From: Lingula anatina
Lineage: Eukaryota; Animalia; Brachiopoda
DNA length: 64,000 nucleotides
NCBI GenBank assembly: GCA_051362555.1
Contig: CM120647.1
Coordinates: 2,046,001 to 2,110,000, forward strand
Direction of reading: 5' to 3'
Shown: positions 1 through 13,300 of the stretch, one piece after another
How the letters are laid out: each line of letters begins with the position of its first letter
Position numbering within the stretch: position 1 is the first letter of the stretch
Position numbers and translations under genes: made by a program
The notes under the pieces: generated by a model
Told to the model about the DNA's origin: nothing
The model's input: the letters and a program-made list of their open reading frames with translations, nothing else
Database searches by the model: none

Positions 1-27
1 TATATTTATATATACATGTATATATAC

Positions 28-183
28 CTCTGTCCACCATGTTAGATACTTCCACGGCCCTCCGTAGCTATTCCAGCTATAATTATTACGAGGCCTGCAT
101 ATAAAGTAGTCGTAATAGACAGAGAACGCTTGAATCACCAGCACTGTTAGATGTACCGCAAGTGGAACAGCCTTGGATGCCAT
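28..183 (-). CDS. AIG1/ADTRP-family gene, alternative first coding exon C (52 aa)
   Basis: Reverse strand reads MASKAVPLAVHLTVLVIQAFSVYYDYFICRPRNNYSWNSYGGPWKYLTWWTE then GTATAT (phase-0 donor). YGGPWKYLT matches the AIG1 motif YGGSWKFLT that carries the catalytic Thr. Not in the ORF track. Confidence 0.85.
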
Positions 184-1449
184 TTCACCACATACAACAC
201 ATATATAACTTATACCAGTATAGTAGTTGTGCTGGCAACAATATGTCTTCCTTTATCTCTTTTCTGATCAGTAATTTGCCTAAATTCCAGTCTCTCTTCA
301 CTGTGCTAAACAAGTTCTCTCTTCACTGTGCTAAACAAGTTCACACGTCTGAGTTATTTGTACACCATCTTCACAAAGTCAACAACAGGATACAGACATA
401 CACTAATGGGTTGATGACTTCTCCTTTAAGTATTTGATGTATACGTGTAATTTCTGTGACTCGATCTTTTCGTGCAGTAATGGAGAGACACCATGTGATG
501 TCAGCACGTTTCTTTTTCATTCAAATCACTTTCCTTATATAGTCTACTTCCAAGCTGTAAAACAATCTGATAGTTTCTCACTGTCTGTGGACTCTTTTTC
601 ACTACTTTTCAACTGCTAAGAACTTCCCGCATGAAAATATGTCATATCCTGACCAAACCTCATCAATGGTTTCAAGTGCCCATCACATCAAGCATGAAAT
701 TATGTAATACCAAACTGCTTTATTTTTCCAATGGTTGTGCAACATCAACAGTCTTCAATGCCTGCCACAGTAACAGTCAACTGTATCAGTAATTTCCACA
801 GCAGTGCACAACAGGTGACTTTTAACAAGTCTATGCAACAAAGTTGACAAATTTCTCCAGTTGATGTGTTGTGCAGACACCCCGCCTATATTACAGTTCT
901 AGTCAAGACTGTCTTCATGTACATGTACTCGTAGTTGATACTGTAATTCTCAGATCATCCTCTCTCTTATTATCAGTTATCACGGAATGCAACAATCAAA
1001 GTTCCTTCAAAATCTCAGAAATTCCTAATCTCCCTGTCTCACTGCTCCTGAGATATATACTGCATATACATATATCTAAGCTACCTGGACAAGCTATCGT
1101 CCACCTCAAGTCACTGTATTGTAACACTTGACTGCCCTGCCTGCATGTCTACATATATTACTGTCCAACCACAATATATACATATCACCACCTCATCTGT
1201 ATTATTTATACCTGTGGAGGTAGTGAGCAAGTGGTGCCACTTGTTTGTATTAGGAAGTAACTGACCTAGATCAATAAACCTTAATTATCCTATATATAAA
1301 ATACCTCTCTGGGTCCTGGAGACAGTCAATACACCCCAAAACACAAAACCACGTGGGAGAACATTAAAGCCTCCTCTCTCCCCCCCCCCCCCCCCCTTCA
1401 CACAGCTCAGTGCAAAACAATTATATACGTATTTGTGATTTCAATGTTA

Positions 1450-1686
1450 ACCCTTCACCATGTGGATCAAGGTCTTCACCCAACACCCTGTGGATCAAGG
1501 TGTTCAGTCCCTGCACCCTGTGTATCAAGGTGTTCAGCCCGCACCCTGTGTATCAAGGTGTTCACCCTGCACCCTGTGGGTCAAGGTGTTCAGCCTGCAC
1601 CCTGTGGGTCAAGGTGTTCAGCCTGCACCCTGTGGATCAAGGTGTTCAGTACCTGCACCCTGTGGGTCAAGGTTTTCAGTCCCTGT
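1450..1686. repeat. Minisatellite, 29-31 bp unit, about 8 copies
   Basis: Repeats of CCTGCACCCTGTGGATCAAGGTGTTCAG(T) starting about 15 bp inside the intron after exon B; explains the overlapping repetitive ORFs at 1410-1821. Confidence 0.9.
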
Positions 1687-1701
1687 ATTACTAGTACTCA
1701 C

Positions 1702-1848
1702 CAGGCCCCAGACTGTCAGATAGCGCAGCTTGTGCCAGGGGTTGTAGTCCTCCCAGCTGCCAAAATACACGTAGAGGAAGTCATAGATAGTTCCCCAGAG
1801 CTGAATCAAGAACAGGGTTAAATGAACTAAAAACGATGTAGCTGACAT
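1702..1848 (-). CDS. AIG1/ADTRP-family gene, alternative first coding exon B (49 aa)
   Basis: MSATSFLVHLTLFLIQLWGTIYDFLYVYFGSWEDYNPWHKLRYLTVWGL then GTGAGT (phase-0 donor); TM helix, YD, then K..YLT.W. Confidence 0.8.
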
Positions 1849-2349
1849 CTTCTTCAGCTCCTCCTACAATCCTGGTGTGATATTTGAAGTCAAGCTGCCT
1901 GCAATTGATTCTTGCTATTTTATCAACTGCAATACTATGTTATATTGATTAAAGTATTGCCTAGTCAATTATGATGTACTTGAACTAGTAACTGTATGGA
2001 TATCATATATGCATCATTTCACATACAGTGTGAGTCCCTTTCCACCAGATATGTCAGTATAACCTTGCCCTTTAGCCCTCAGAGCTTCAGTATACAGTCA
2101 GTCTGCCACCAAGACTCACTCTGATTGTCACCACCTAGCTTGCCTCCTTACTGACCAAAGTCCACTATCAGCACCTATATAATCATGTGTTCAATCTTAT
2201 CAATGGCTCTGCCCACACCTGCTGGCACTGTGTGTACACATATACTAGCTGGCTTTGTGTGTGTGTACATAGGCCTATATATAGTAACACATATATACTA
2301 GCTGTTGTATTGTCCACATGCAGTAAGCTGAGCTAATCCCCTCCTTCCT

Positions 2350-2492
2350 ACTCATGGCCAATATCCAATCAACCTTGATATACTGGCTGCTTACACAGTG
2401 TAGCTGTTAACTTTATGCATAGAACCATGTACTTGTGTCTCCATTCAACTGATTGGTTGGCTGACTCAGTTTGGATTGGATTGAATTGGCTA
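2350..2492 (-). promoter_or_regulatory. Candidate promoter/enhancer upstream of AIG1-like exon B
   Basis: Several CCAAT/ATTGG boxes and an AP-1 consensus TGACTCA at 2462-2468, about 600 bp upstream of the exon B ATG. Confidence 0.3.
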
Positions 2493-3076
2493 GAGGCAGT
2501 ATTTATTATCAAAGAGAAATTTATTGTCTGCTTTCCTTAATCGGAACACACAAGCCATATGTATAGCTGTATAGGGGGCTATAGTAAATTTATACTAAAA
2601 ACAAGTATTAAATACCGAGTATGTAAAAATAAATTAATTAAATCAGCAATATTATTAACATGAATTCATGAATTCCTATTAAATAAAATAGAATTTATCT
2701 AGTGCAAATATATGAAATTGAATAAAAATAAATAATGCATAAAAGTAGAAAGGAAAAAAAATATATTCATATTGGATAAGGCATGCATGCAAGAAGAAAT
2801 GAAATAAAACTCAGTGCATGCTGTATGTATGTTTTGTTGCACAGTAATTTATGCATTTTTGTGACATATATGAATTTACATGTGCACAGTATAAAATATT
2901 ATAAAAATGAAATATATAAAGGGAGAGCATATGGTGTGAATATTTCTGTATTAATAAATGAAACAAAAGTTGCAGTAGCAAATTTTGAAAAGAAGAGCAT
3001 GTGTTGCCTTTATTTTTTATATAAATAAACAATTCTCATGCAAACAGTGCTGGACCATGCATATAAATATACTTAC

Positions 3077-3208
3077 CATCCCCCAGTGGGTAAGAAACGC
3101 TAATTTTGGCAGTGAGGACACTTTGATGTACATGACGTCGTACACTAACGCGTACAACTGAACTAAAAACAGCATTAAATGAATTAAGGCTACAATGACT
3201 GTCGACAT
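3077..3208 (-). CDS. AIG1/ADTRP-family gene, alternative first coding exon A (44 aa)
   Basis: MSTVIVALIHLMLFLVQLYALVYDVMYIKVSSLPKLAFLTHWGM then GTAAGT (phase-0 donor); same HL..L..Q, YD and FLT.W pattern. Confidence 0.8.
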
Positions 3209-4300
3209 CTTTAATTTGCAACCCCAGACACCTAATGCAACTGTTTGAGAAACCCTGGCGGTCACGTGAATGGGATCACCTCCATGTAAATTGCACTGGG
3301 AAATCCTGATATTGGTCCGCGAAGAAAAAATAGATTTGTCATAAGTTAAACACAGTTTTACCAATCATCAAGCCCATGACGCTGCAGAGATGATTTAATT
3401 ATATATTGAAGGAGATAGTTTTATGTTACACGTAATCTTGCCAGGTTTTAGGTATGTTTTATACAAGCGTATTTATTTTTCCCCCGCCATAAGTCTGCGC
3501 TGCGGCTGGGATCTCCGTCATGGCCTCGATATGGGGGCGAATTACGCGGTAGTCCATGACGTCATGGAGGATTGCTTTGTCGAAGAAGAAATTCCCCTGA
3601 ACGGTACAGAAGAATTCCCCAGGATTACTCGACCAAAACACCGGCGTTTCCCCACAAAAGGTGTACCAATGTGAAGATAGGATATCCTTTGTGTTACAAA
3701 CATTGTTAACAGATATAGATACAGCGATTTTTGTCGACTTTTCGAGGCAAAACAACACCCCTTGAGCGCGATGCCACGTCGAAAAGCCGTGTTTCCCCAG
3801 TCCAGCAAAAGTAAGTGAATATTCGCATAAAATATGTCTTCGTCATTCGACATTTTTATTGTCAGTATCCCTGTCATCTGTAGATATGCGAGGATATTTC
3901 TGATAAGATAGATGTTGTTCTTGGGAAGCGCATTGGCCGACATTCCAGTCGGTTTGGGTGGGTTGGCCTTTTGGGATTCTCCTCCGTGAGGGGATCCTCA
4001 TTTGTATGCAGGGTTTTTCGCGCAAGGATTCCCTCACGCGCCCCTTCTTCCTCTTCCATATTCTTAACCTGGGCTAATTTATTATTTTAAGAAGATTAGT
4101 TCAAAGGTGATAATTCCGACTTCATGTCGTATTATTACACCGCAGAAATAGAGAGAAAATAGGACGTATGTTTGGGGGAATCTCGAGATTTTGATGACAA
4201 ATATGGCGAGCCCATGGACGGGTCCACCACGCCGATCTGGATAGGGGTGATGGGTTGTTCAAATGTTTTCCTGTTCTAATCACGTCGATATTTAGTGCGA
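3209..4300. promoter_or_regulatory. CpG-rich divergent promoter region between AIG1-like exon A and Schnurri exon 1, extending into Schnurri intron 1
   Basis: Divergent ATGs at 3208 (-) and 3771 (+); CpG retained locally; GTCACGTGA E-box 3261-3269; perfect 16-bp palindrome TCCATGACGTCATGGA (CRE) 3553-3568; kB-like decamers at 3298, 3588, 3611, 3973, 4175. Confidence 0.65.
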
Positions 4301-7300
4301 TTGTGTGACAATGTCATCATTCGATAATGACAGTTTTATTAACATGGACATTTGTTCCAGTATAACATGGCTTGATCACCAGTGACATTGTTGTTTGGCG
4401 TGAGGAATGTTTTGACCTTCTAATGTGCGCATTTCATAACACAGACGGGGGTCAAAGTCTGAATGTTTACTTTGGTTCTCGCTTTAAATACGGAGCTCTA
4501 GGACAATATTATCACTTTATCCTGTTGCAGGATGTTTATTTAGGGAAATACCTCATATATGTCTCACACTGTGTGGTATCCATCTGAGCCATTTTCATAT
4601 TATTTACAATTTACTAGTAAACAATCTCAAATGATTAACACTTTTGACAAGATTTGTCAAACCATTTGTGACAGTTTTATTATTGTGAGTAGTTTTGTCA
4701 ACATCATTAGTATGATTTAGTTCATCAATTTATTATAAAAACTAGAATTTGCTACAGAGGGGAATCACAGTTCAAGTATAGAGGTAGGAATCTACTCCTT
4801 CTAATGGACTCCTCGATCTTCAGTGTAGCTGTGGTTTTTCTAATCCAAAGGTTGTCATTCTTCACCACCACTAACAATGGAGTCAGCAGCTATATTTAGA
4901 ATAAGATCAGTGACACAAAAACTCCCAGTTTATCGTGAAGAGAAGTGGTTTTACTTTTTGGGCATGTTTTACTCTCAGGGATCCTGGACTGCTCTTTTTT
5001 TCCTTTGTCTTATTGCAAATATATCTTTGAGTATTTAAAAAATTAAATATTTTAATTTTCTTAAAAACTTTTTGCAGTAATGATTACATGGAACATATTT
5101 CATTGTGTCTCAGTGAATTTTTAAAAAAAATTATTTTAGAGGGGGGGGGGGCTGAATCGGCCATTTTGCCTAGGACAGGGATTCTTTTTTGATGAAATCC
5201 AATGACTAAGCAGAAAATAAAACACCAGGTGCAATTTCAGCATTAACCTACATAAAGCAAACTTCAGCCTTCAATATTGGAGATGGAACATCTAACATCT
5301 CCCAGACTGCACACTCTGTGTGGTGTAATTGATTATCTCACAGGCAGACTGACTGGGTATAACATCATAGTACAGGTCAAGGAAGAGATATAAAGTTATG
5401 AGAGTGAATCAGAGGTAGAATTTCACTATTGATTTGGGACCATTCAACTCCACGCTGCCATCAATATTAAAGCACTTGCTAGTACTAGTACTCCTAGTTT
5501 TAGAAGAATAATCTTCTTTTTTTTTTTAGCATATCATAATCCTGATTTCATAGCAAACTTACTTTTTAGAAACGTCCTATTGTTAATTAAATTATTTCAA
5601 AATTTGGTAAAATTGTTTAGGTGTCCAAGTTAAAATCATATAAAGTGGATCTAAAAATAAACTGTTATCAAGTTCTGCAGGATGCTTTGAGCTTTAAAAG
5701 GATTGAATAATTTCTGTCATAGGTTCCCATCTTAATTTAAGTTAAAATCAGCTTCAGCTTAACTGTGTTTAAAGGTCTCTTCTTGCATTTATCCCAATTG
5801 TTTTCAGTATCTCTTGCTGTAGAACTCCCGTTGATGTACTTAAATTAGTGATTGTGTTTCATCTAGTTTATTAGTATGTAAAGAGAAAGATATTGTATCA
5901 TATGTTCATTAGAGTTAAGTCAGGTGTACCCTGGGCTGATTTACACAAGCTGTCATGAGAGATTCCATCCAGAGAAATAAATATGGAGATCAGTCAGTTT
6001 GTAGTTGATTTCTGGAAACGTTAAGTTCTGCGTCGTTGTGTGATTTGTACACTGTAGTAAGCCCATTTGTATCTACTTGTTAAAATATATGCTATCTAGA
6101 ACATCTGTCTACAGTTTGACTAAATGACTTGTTAACACCTTAATACTAGTAAACATTTTATGACTTGTTAAATCACCCGAGACATCCACCAACAATTTGG
6201 CCATGTTACAGGCAGTGAGACTATTATCTCTATGAAGTATATTACCACACTGATTAGAGCTGACCATCCATGCACAATGACACTGTTGTACTAGCTTGAT
6301 TGATCCAACTGTGCAGGGACTTCAGCAGCACACTAAGACCCCATTTCCAGAGATTAGATCGATCTAATTTAGATCGACCTCACTCCCTGGGGGTTCACGC
6401 TAAATAGCTGTCAGCCGGGCGGACACGAAAGTTAATTACCCCCTTACAGCTTGTAGTAGGCGGGATGGACATTTAAGCCGGATTATCTGACAGTAATCCA
6501 GTGAGACTTCCCGCGGGGATAGATTGTTCTAAAAGCTCTGGGAATACAGCCTAAAGTTAATCCCCCCCCCCAGCTGCTTGTGGAGGTGTGTCATTCTGAT
6601 TGCATTCAGTGAGAGTTCCCCACAGAGTTGGATCGATCTATCTAGTCTGATAGCTTCATTGTGAATGCATCCCTACACAGCAAATACAATGACATAACAG
6701 TGGAGCTTATTGCTGTGGTAGCAGAGATGAGCTTTTTCCGTGGAAATGCAGAATTTCGCATTTTTTAATTCATTTCTGATGGTTCCTGAGATTTGTCAAG
6801 ATCTGCAATAAAAGTTTTGGGGAGGAGAGACAAATGTTCAGAATTTTTTTTTTTTTTTTTTTTTTAACAAGGCTCATGTCTGATGGAAGCAGAGTTTACT
6901 CAACAGTCCTGATTCATGATGTAGAAATTATAGGGAAAATTATTAAAAAGGCACTAGACAGAGATGGGGCTTGCTTTGATCACGGTCGATTCATGCTGTG
7001 TAAGCACCGTCGTGATTACAATGCCTTGCTATAGAAAGCAGAAGCCGTTTTCCGAGTCTTGCAAAAGATGGTCAAAATTTTTTTAAGTTTACATTGATGG
7101 ACATCTAATTTTCTCTGTGGGAAGACTGTCAAAAATGGAGGATGGTGCATAATGGGGAACATTTTGGAAGACTCACTGTCAAAAAATCTGTGTATGGATT
7201 CACCCCTGAATAGTGTCCTGTTTACAATGATGTAACCATACGTGTCTAAGTAAGCCGACTGTCTGTTCAAAACTTTACCTTTACAATTATTTATCCAAAC

Positions 7301-10300
7301 CTTTACAATTATTTATCCAGTGACCAATCCAGAGCATCATTTTCCTCAAATCAACACATCCAGGGTATTGTGAATTGATTTTCTAGCAGACTAACAGGAA
7401 GAGCTCCTGGTTTGCACACTGTATGCAGGGAAAATCAATGGTACAGGAATGAATTGTGCTAAATATTAAAAATGGCTTATGATTACAATTTTCAGTCTTG
7501 CTGAAGGAGCTAGACTAGCGATGGAGATAGCTGTACTACTGGGGGGGGGGGGGAACGCTGGAGGTACCTTGGATTTTACCTGGCACTTGCCCTGCCTCAT
7601 CTGCCTGATACAAAGCCTTCTCAGTGCTATTCGTTATACACCACAGGGGCCTTTCAGTCACTTCAGGGGGCCCCATATGATCTCAGCTTAATTCAATCAG
7701 ATTTTGGGGTTGATCTTTGCATTTGTATGTGATGATCAAAGCAGTGCATGTTTGTAAGAGACTTTCAAAATTACCTGAAGTTAAAGGGATAATAACTCTT
7801 CGTATGATATCTTTATTTTACAATAAAAACATTGTGAACAACTCATAGAAATATAATATATTGTGTTGTACCACAAAAACAGCAGTTATAGCTATTATTC
7901 TGATATCTGAGCTTGTCTTCAGATCAAGTGACTTCCATTGATGGCTGTACTCTGTTAAAATCTCTTAAGAGATTTTAACAAAAAACGAAACTTTTTAGAA
8001 AAAAAACAGGGACTAACTTAGAATGTAAAAATGGATTCATTAAGCATTGGTAAGTATGGGAAAATTGTTGTTTACTCCAGGAAAATTCATTTTTTGGCCA
8101 AAACAAAGAGTTTTTATCCCTTTAAAGTCAGTATAGTTACTACAGAAGTGGAAAAAGAAGTCTTATGGGTAGAATTCAGATCTGACCTTTTGGTTTGACC
8201 TTTGATCCAGATTTCAAGGTCAAGTATGGTTTTTGCATTTATATTTGCTAAAAATGATCTTATTTTGACTGCATTTTATAAACTTAAAGAGAAGCATGCA
8301 TGAATGAAATGGTATACAGTCATATCTAAGGTTTCCCTTGTATTCTTCAATTTGAGGTCAGAAGGTACATTTTCACAGTTATGTCAGATATCTTGCTAAA
8401 ATCGAAAACTCGATAGAACCTGTAGCTATATTTCTGTGCCTAAACTATAGTGGGTGGTGCATAACCTGCGGGCAGTTACGCCTCTCTGAGCCTCGTGTTA
8501 TGATTGTGATTGAGATAAACTGTCACCCTGAAGGTCAGAGGGTGTGTTTGATACACAGCAAGGGAGTTTATTGTTAATATTGTGATATACTGTTACTCTG
8601 AAGGTCAGAGGTTGGATACACAGCAAAGGTTTAATGTGTTGCTTAGTGCCCACACCTGTGATTATAATTACAGCTGCCCTGTGAGTCATGGGTCTATTTG
8701 TGCAGTGCATATGTAGTGAGGGGGGGGGGGGTGCCCATGTCACTAGAATAGAATATACATATTATCATCAATATATATGATTGCAGAAGACTACCCCCAT
8801 TGGCACCTGACAATATCTTTAAGACATGTGAACTAAGGGCTTATAATGGAGTCCACACTTCCACAGTGACAGATGGATATACTGTATGTGAATGATAAGT
8901 TCTAATAATTTATGTAGAGGTAGTTATCCCATATATCTATATTTGTTTACTGCCACACTGCTAAGAGACAGCTGTCATTTATATCCTCAGCAAACCCTTG
9001 ACAGCATGAAAGAGTAGAGACAATACAGACAACCTCATGTCAAGATGTGATTTATGCCCCCAGTCACTATTTAATAGGTGTACTAGTATTTGTCCACTAT
9101 AACAGCTCTGTTATTCTTGTCATAAGTTAGAATTAAAATAAGAAAAAAAATTGTCTACTCCTAAGTCAGTTGCTCAACCTGCCCCTGCAATCGAATTTGA
9201 TGTTTTACACCAGTTCTGATTAAATTATTGAGTTTTAAATGCATAACGGTTCACCAAAAGATTGAAGTGTGTTCTTGTACATTTCAGAAGGAATAAAATG
9301 AAAACATTGACACCAGGATCTTATTTAATGATATTCATTCTCGAACTAAGATCCATTTTTGAAGCAATAAAGGCCTGCTTTTAATTTTTCAGCTGGTTGA
9401 GAAGTATTCATTATCTTTTGATAATATCTCTCATTGATTCTCCATACTGTATGTTAAAAACACAACATAGAAATAACATTTATATGCTGTTATGAAGTTA
9501 CACTGTTGCCAGCAACATATCTAAAAGACCCTGGCTGTAATTCTATGAATAAGAAAAGAAAAATACGGTGTTTTTTATTACATTTCAGAGTCTGACTCAG
9601 ATGTCCAAGGTCAGGTTGACCTGGAAGGCCCCGGGTCAAAGGTCAGCAAGACAGAGGTCACTTCAGGTAATAAAATAAATAGATAAATAAAACAGATAAA
9701 TGTGGGCAACATTTTGTGCCATTTTGCTTTGTGTCCCAGTTGATTTAGTTTCATCTTATAATAATTGTACCACCAGCGTATCCAGAATTGTGCAATAGAT
9801 GATAAAAGCATGAAACTTTCCCCGATGAATAACCATTGGGTGTTCATCTATTTTGGATCAGGGGGTTGACAAACCCCCAATGGTCATTCATCGTGGAAAA
9901 TTTCATGCTGTTATCATCTTTTGCACAATTCTGGATAAAATTTGGACTGAGCCGCCTGACTACTTTTCACCATGAACTAAACTTTGCATATTTTGCTTCC
10001 CTTTCATATCCAAAACTGGCAGAGATAGGTCCATAGTTACTATTGGACTTGAATAGGAAGTCATATACTGGCAATCTAAATGTGACCTTGAAATTGACCT
10101 TTGACCTACTTTTCACCATGAACTAACCTTTGCAAATTTTGTTTCCCTTTTATCTCCAAAACTGGCAGAGATAGGTCCATAGTTACTATTGAATTTGAAT
10201 AGGAAGTCATATACTGGCAATCTAAATGTGACCTTGAAATTGACCTTTGACCTACTTTTCACCATGAACTGAACTTTGCAAATTTTGCTTCCCTTTTATC

Positions 10301-13300
10301 TCCAAAACTGGCAGAGATAGGTCCATAGTTACTATTGAAGTTGAATAGGAAGCCATACACTGGCAATCTTAATGTGACCTTAAAATTGACCTTTGACCTA
10401 CTTTTCACCATGAACTGAACTTTGCAAATTTTGCTTCCCTTTTATCTCCCAAACTGGCAGAGATAGGTCTAAAGTTACTTTTGAAGTTGAATAGGAAGTC
10501 ATATACTGGCAATCTTACTGTGAAATTGACCTTTCACCTACCTTTTGATGAACTTTTGATATATTTTTTTGCATATTTTGAAAATTCTTGTTGATTGCAT
10601 TTTTACAGCTTGTCAAGCAAAAAACTGGTGGCTGTGTCCCTTATTTTGTGTATGTGGGGGTCTATACGAATGCACTTGCTCCAGCTGGTGGTACAATATT
10701 CGGAGGCGGTATCGCCTCTCTGATCCTCTAGTTTAATGATGCTATTGGAATGGATGTTGAATATTAAATATTTAAAAAAATCCATGTAGATTGTAGTACA
10801 TAAAGTTTGGCGTTCGGTAGATTGAAAGAGTAGTTTTCTGAGATGAAAAAGACAACCATTTAGAAATCATTGCATTTTAAGATTGAGCTTTTCAGTTAAC
10901 AGGCAGTTTATTTTATTTTTTTAAAAATATTAATTAATTAATTTAATGATTTATTTATTTCTTTGTTCTGATAGACTTTTAAAGAAATAGAAGTAAAATT
11001 AAAATTTGAAAAAACATGACAAAGACAGATGATGTGGAAACATTGTATTTACGATTGAACATTGTCTGTGTTAGGTATGGGAACCAGGAGAAGAAGAGCT
11101 GTGAAGAAAGAAACAGAAAAGGCTGTCACACCAGGTGATGCAGATGTAATAGAAGAAAGTCCTGTCACCAAGGCAACCTCTGTAGTATACCTAGCTGAAG
11201 ATGGGTGTCAGGCAGTGAAAGGTCAGTGTTTAGCCAGTGACTCTTCAAATGGAGCTGTCACAGTCATAGTATTCCTGAAAGTTTATGTTGGTCTTCATTG
11301 TAGTAAAAATTGCTTGAAATGATTGAAACTAATATTTCATTGTCTTTGTGAGAGTAAGTGGCAATACTTCTTTAATGTTTTGTGAAAGTAGTTCTTAAAA
11401 CATTTTCAGTTGTTCCCACCCTGCCAAAGAAAGGAAGACCCCCTAAGAGTGATGGAAAGCGGGTTCGACCAAGCAGAAAAGGGAAGGCCCCCTCCCCAGG
11501 CAGTCTGGAAAAGAGGAACCTGTCACTGGAAGCCCTGCTGGAGGTTACAGGATCCGAGCTACAGAAAGTGAAACAAAGCCAGGACATTCAGACTGACTCC
11601 TCACCACAGTCTCAACCAGCTACACAATCTCCTGCTCAAGGTGGGGCTCAACAAACGCAATCAGCATTAGGAGCACAGCCAGCACAACCAGCTCAACTAA
11701 CACAATCTGTCAGCCAGCAGCCCTCTCAGCTGCAACAAGTGAGTGGTTCTATTGCCAAAAGAGTCGCTGGTCAAGCGGCCAACCCTCTGATGAACCAGAG
11801 ACCAGTGGTCAGTGCCATTCAGGCCAAGTTGATTGTGGACGCAGCATCCACCAACTCCAGCATTCCGGCCACCATGCCCCCTCCAGTGTCCACCAGCGTC
11901 CAGCAGGTAAGAGTGACCCTTGTCCAGTAGAATGACCCTGAGACTAAATGTCCAGGGTACTTTAAGGATCCTAGATTTGGGATACTCTAAGTCAAAGGAT
12001 TCCTGGATTTAAGGATTTTTTTGTACTGACCCACTTAGATCTTTGGTCATTATTTCGTATCATGTGTAGTACAAATATATGATGAGCTTGTCAGGATTGT
12101 GAATTACTATAAGAACTTCTATTTTAAAAGCATATATGTATGTATGTTGGCTGTTTTGTCAATATTGTCATTGCTGATACAGTTCATGTTTTGAAGCATA
12201 TTTGTCTTAAAAGAGCAGCCATGGGTTGCAGGTCTTACACTACAGTTTTAGACACACTTAAAACCATATTTTCAATATTACATTTTTCTAGGTTGTAAAA
12301 ATACAGACAGGAGAAAGAGGCGTAGAGAAATACGAGCTGAAGTCAGAGACCCTGGAACAGCAGGGGCTGAAGCTGATCTACACCAAACACACTGCAGATG
12401 AGCCAGGGACCCCTTTGGCTCCCCCTGGACACCCAAGGAATGACATCATAGGGATCAGGCCCATGGTCCCCCTAGGGCAGTCTCCTGGCCCTGGTCTCCC
12501 GCCAGCTCTAGGTAACTAGTCTATGATGATATGTGACTTTTACACTGCCGAGAATAAGCTCTTAATTTGTCACAAGCAGCACAGTGATGGATGGGAATCT
12601 GTGTGTGTAGGAAAGAGTTCATATTCCTGACATTGTCTACTAAATGAAGCACTGTGGAAGTGTTTTACAGATTCTAAAGACGGAAGTTTACTTAACATAA
12701 GTTATCATTATATGGTTCTTAAACAGAGATAAGAATTCAGATTCCTGGCATTGTCAGCCACAGGGTGGTCTATAAAAAATGACCTATTCAAAATTGAGGT
12801 GGAAAGTAAAATCACTCTTTTCTTATGGACCACCCTGCAAATAAAATCATGTCTGATTCACTGTAAGACTTTCATTTCTTCCTTTCCCAGAGACGCCCAG
12901 GATAGGGCCAGGCAGGAAGAGAAAGCACCCTCCCAAACCAGGTAAACATATCTGTCCATACTGTGGCCGCGGATGTGCCAAACCCAGTGTGCTACAGAAA
13001 CATATCCGGGCACACACAGGAGAGAGACCATACCCTTGTGTGCCGTGTGGCTTCTCCTTCAAGACAAAAAGTAACCTCTACAAGCACTGCAAGTCCCGCT
13101 CACACCTGGTCAAAGCAGGCAATGCTCCTCCGTCTGGAGACGGGATGAAATTAGAGGATGGAGACAACATGGAGGATGACAACATAGAGAGTGATGAAGT
13201 GGAGAGTGATTCTGAAGGTGACTCCGCCGGAGATGATAGCCTGGATACCAGCACAACCAGTGAGACTTCGATATCAGAGACAAGAGTTTCTGGGCTGACA

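Noticed and set aside
590-680. Fourth AIG1-like variable exon (GYDIFSCGKFLAV on the minus strand)
   Set aside because: No ATG/TM1, no Thr, no donor; probably chance.
1410-1821. Overlapping Cys/Pro-rich ORFs
   Set aside because: Translations of the 29-31 bp minisatellite and the antisense of exon B.
3423-4059. Short ORFs on both strands around the promoter
   Set aside because: No motifs; typical of a GC-richer promoter and first intron.
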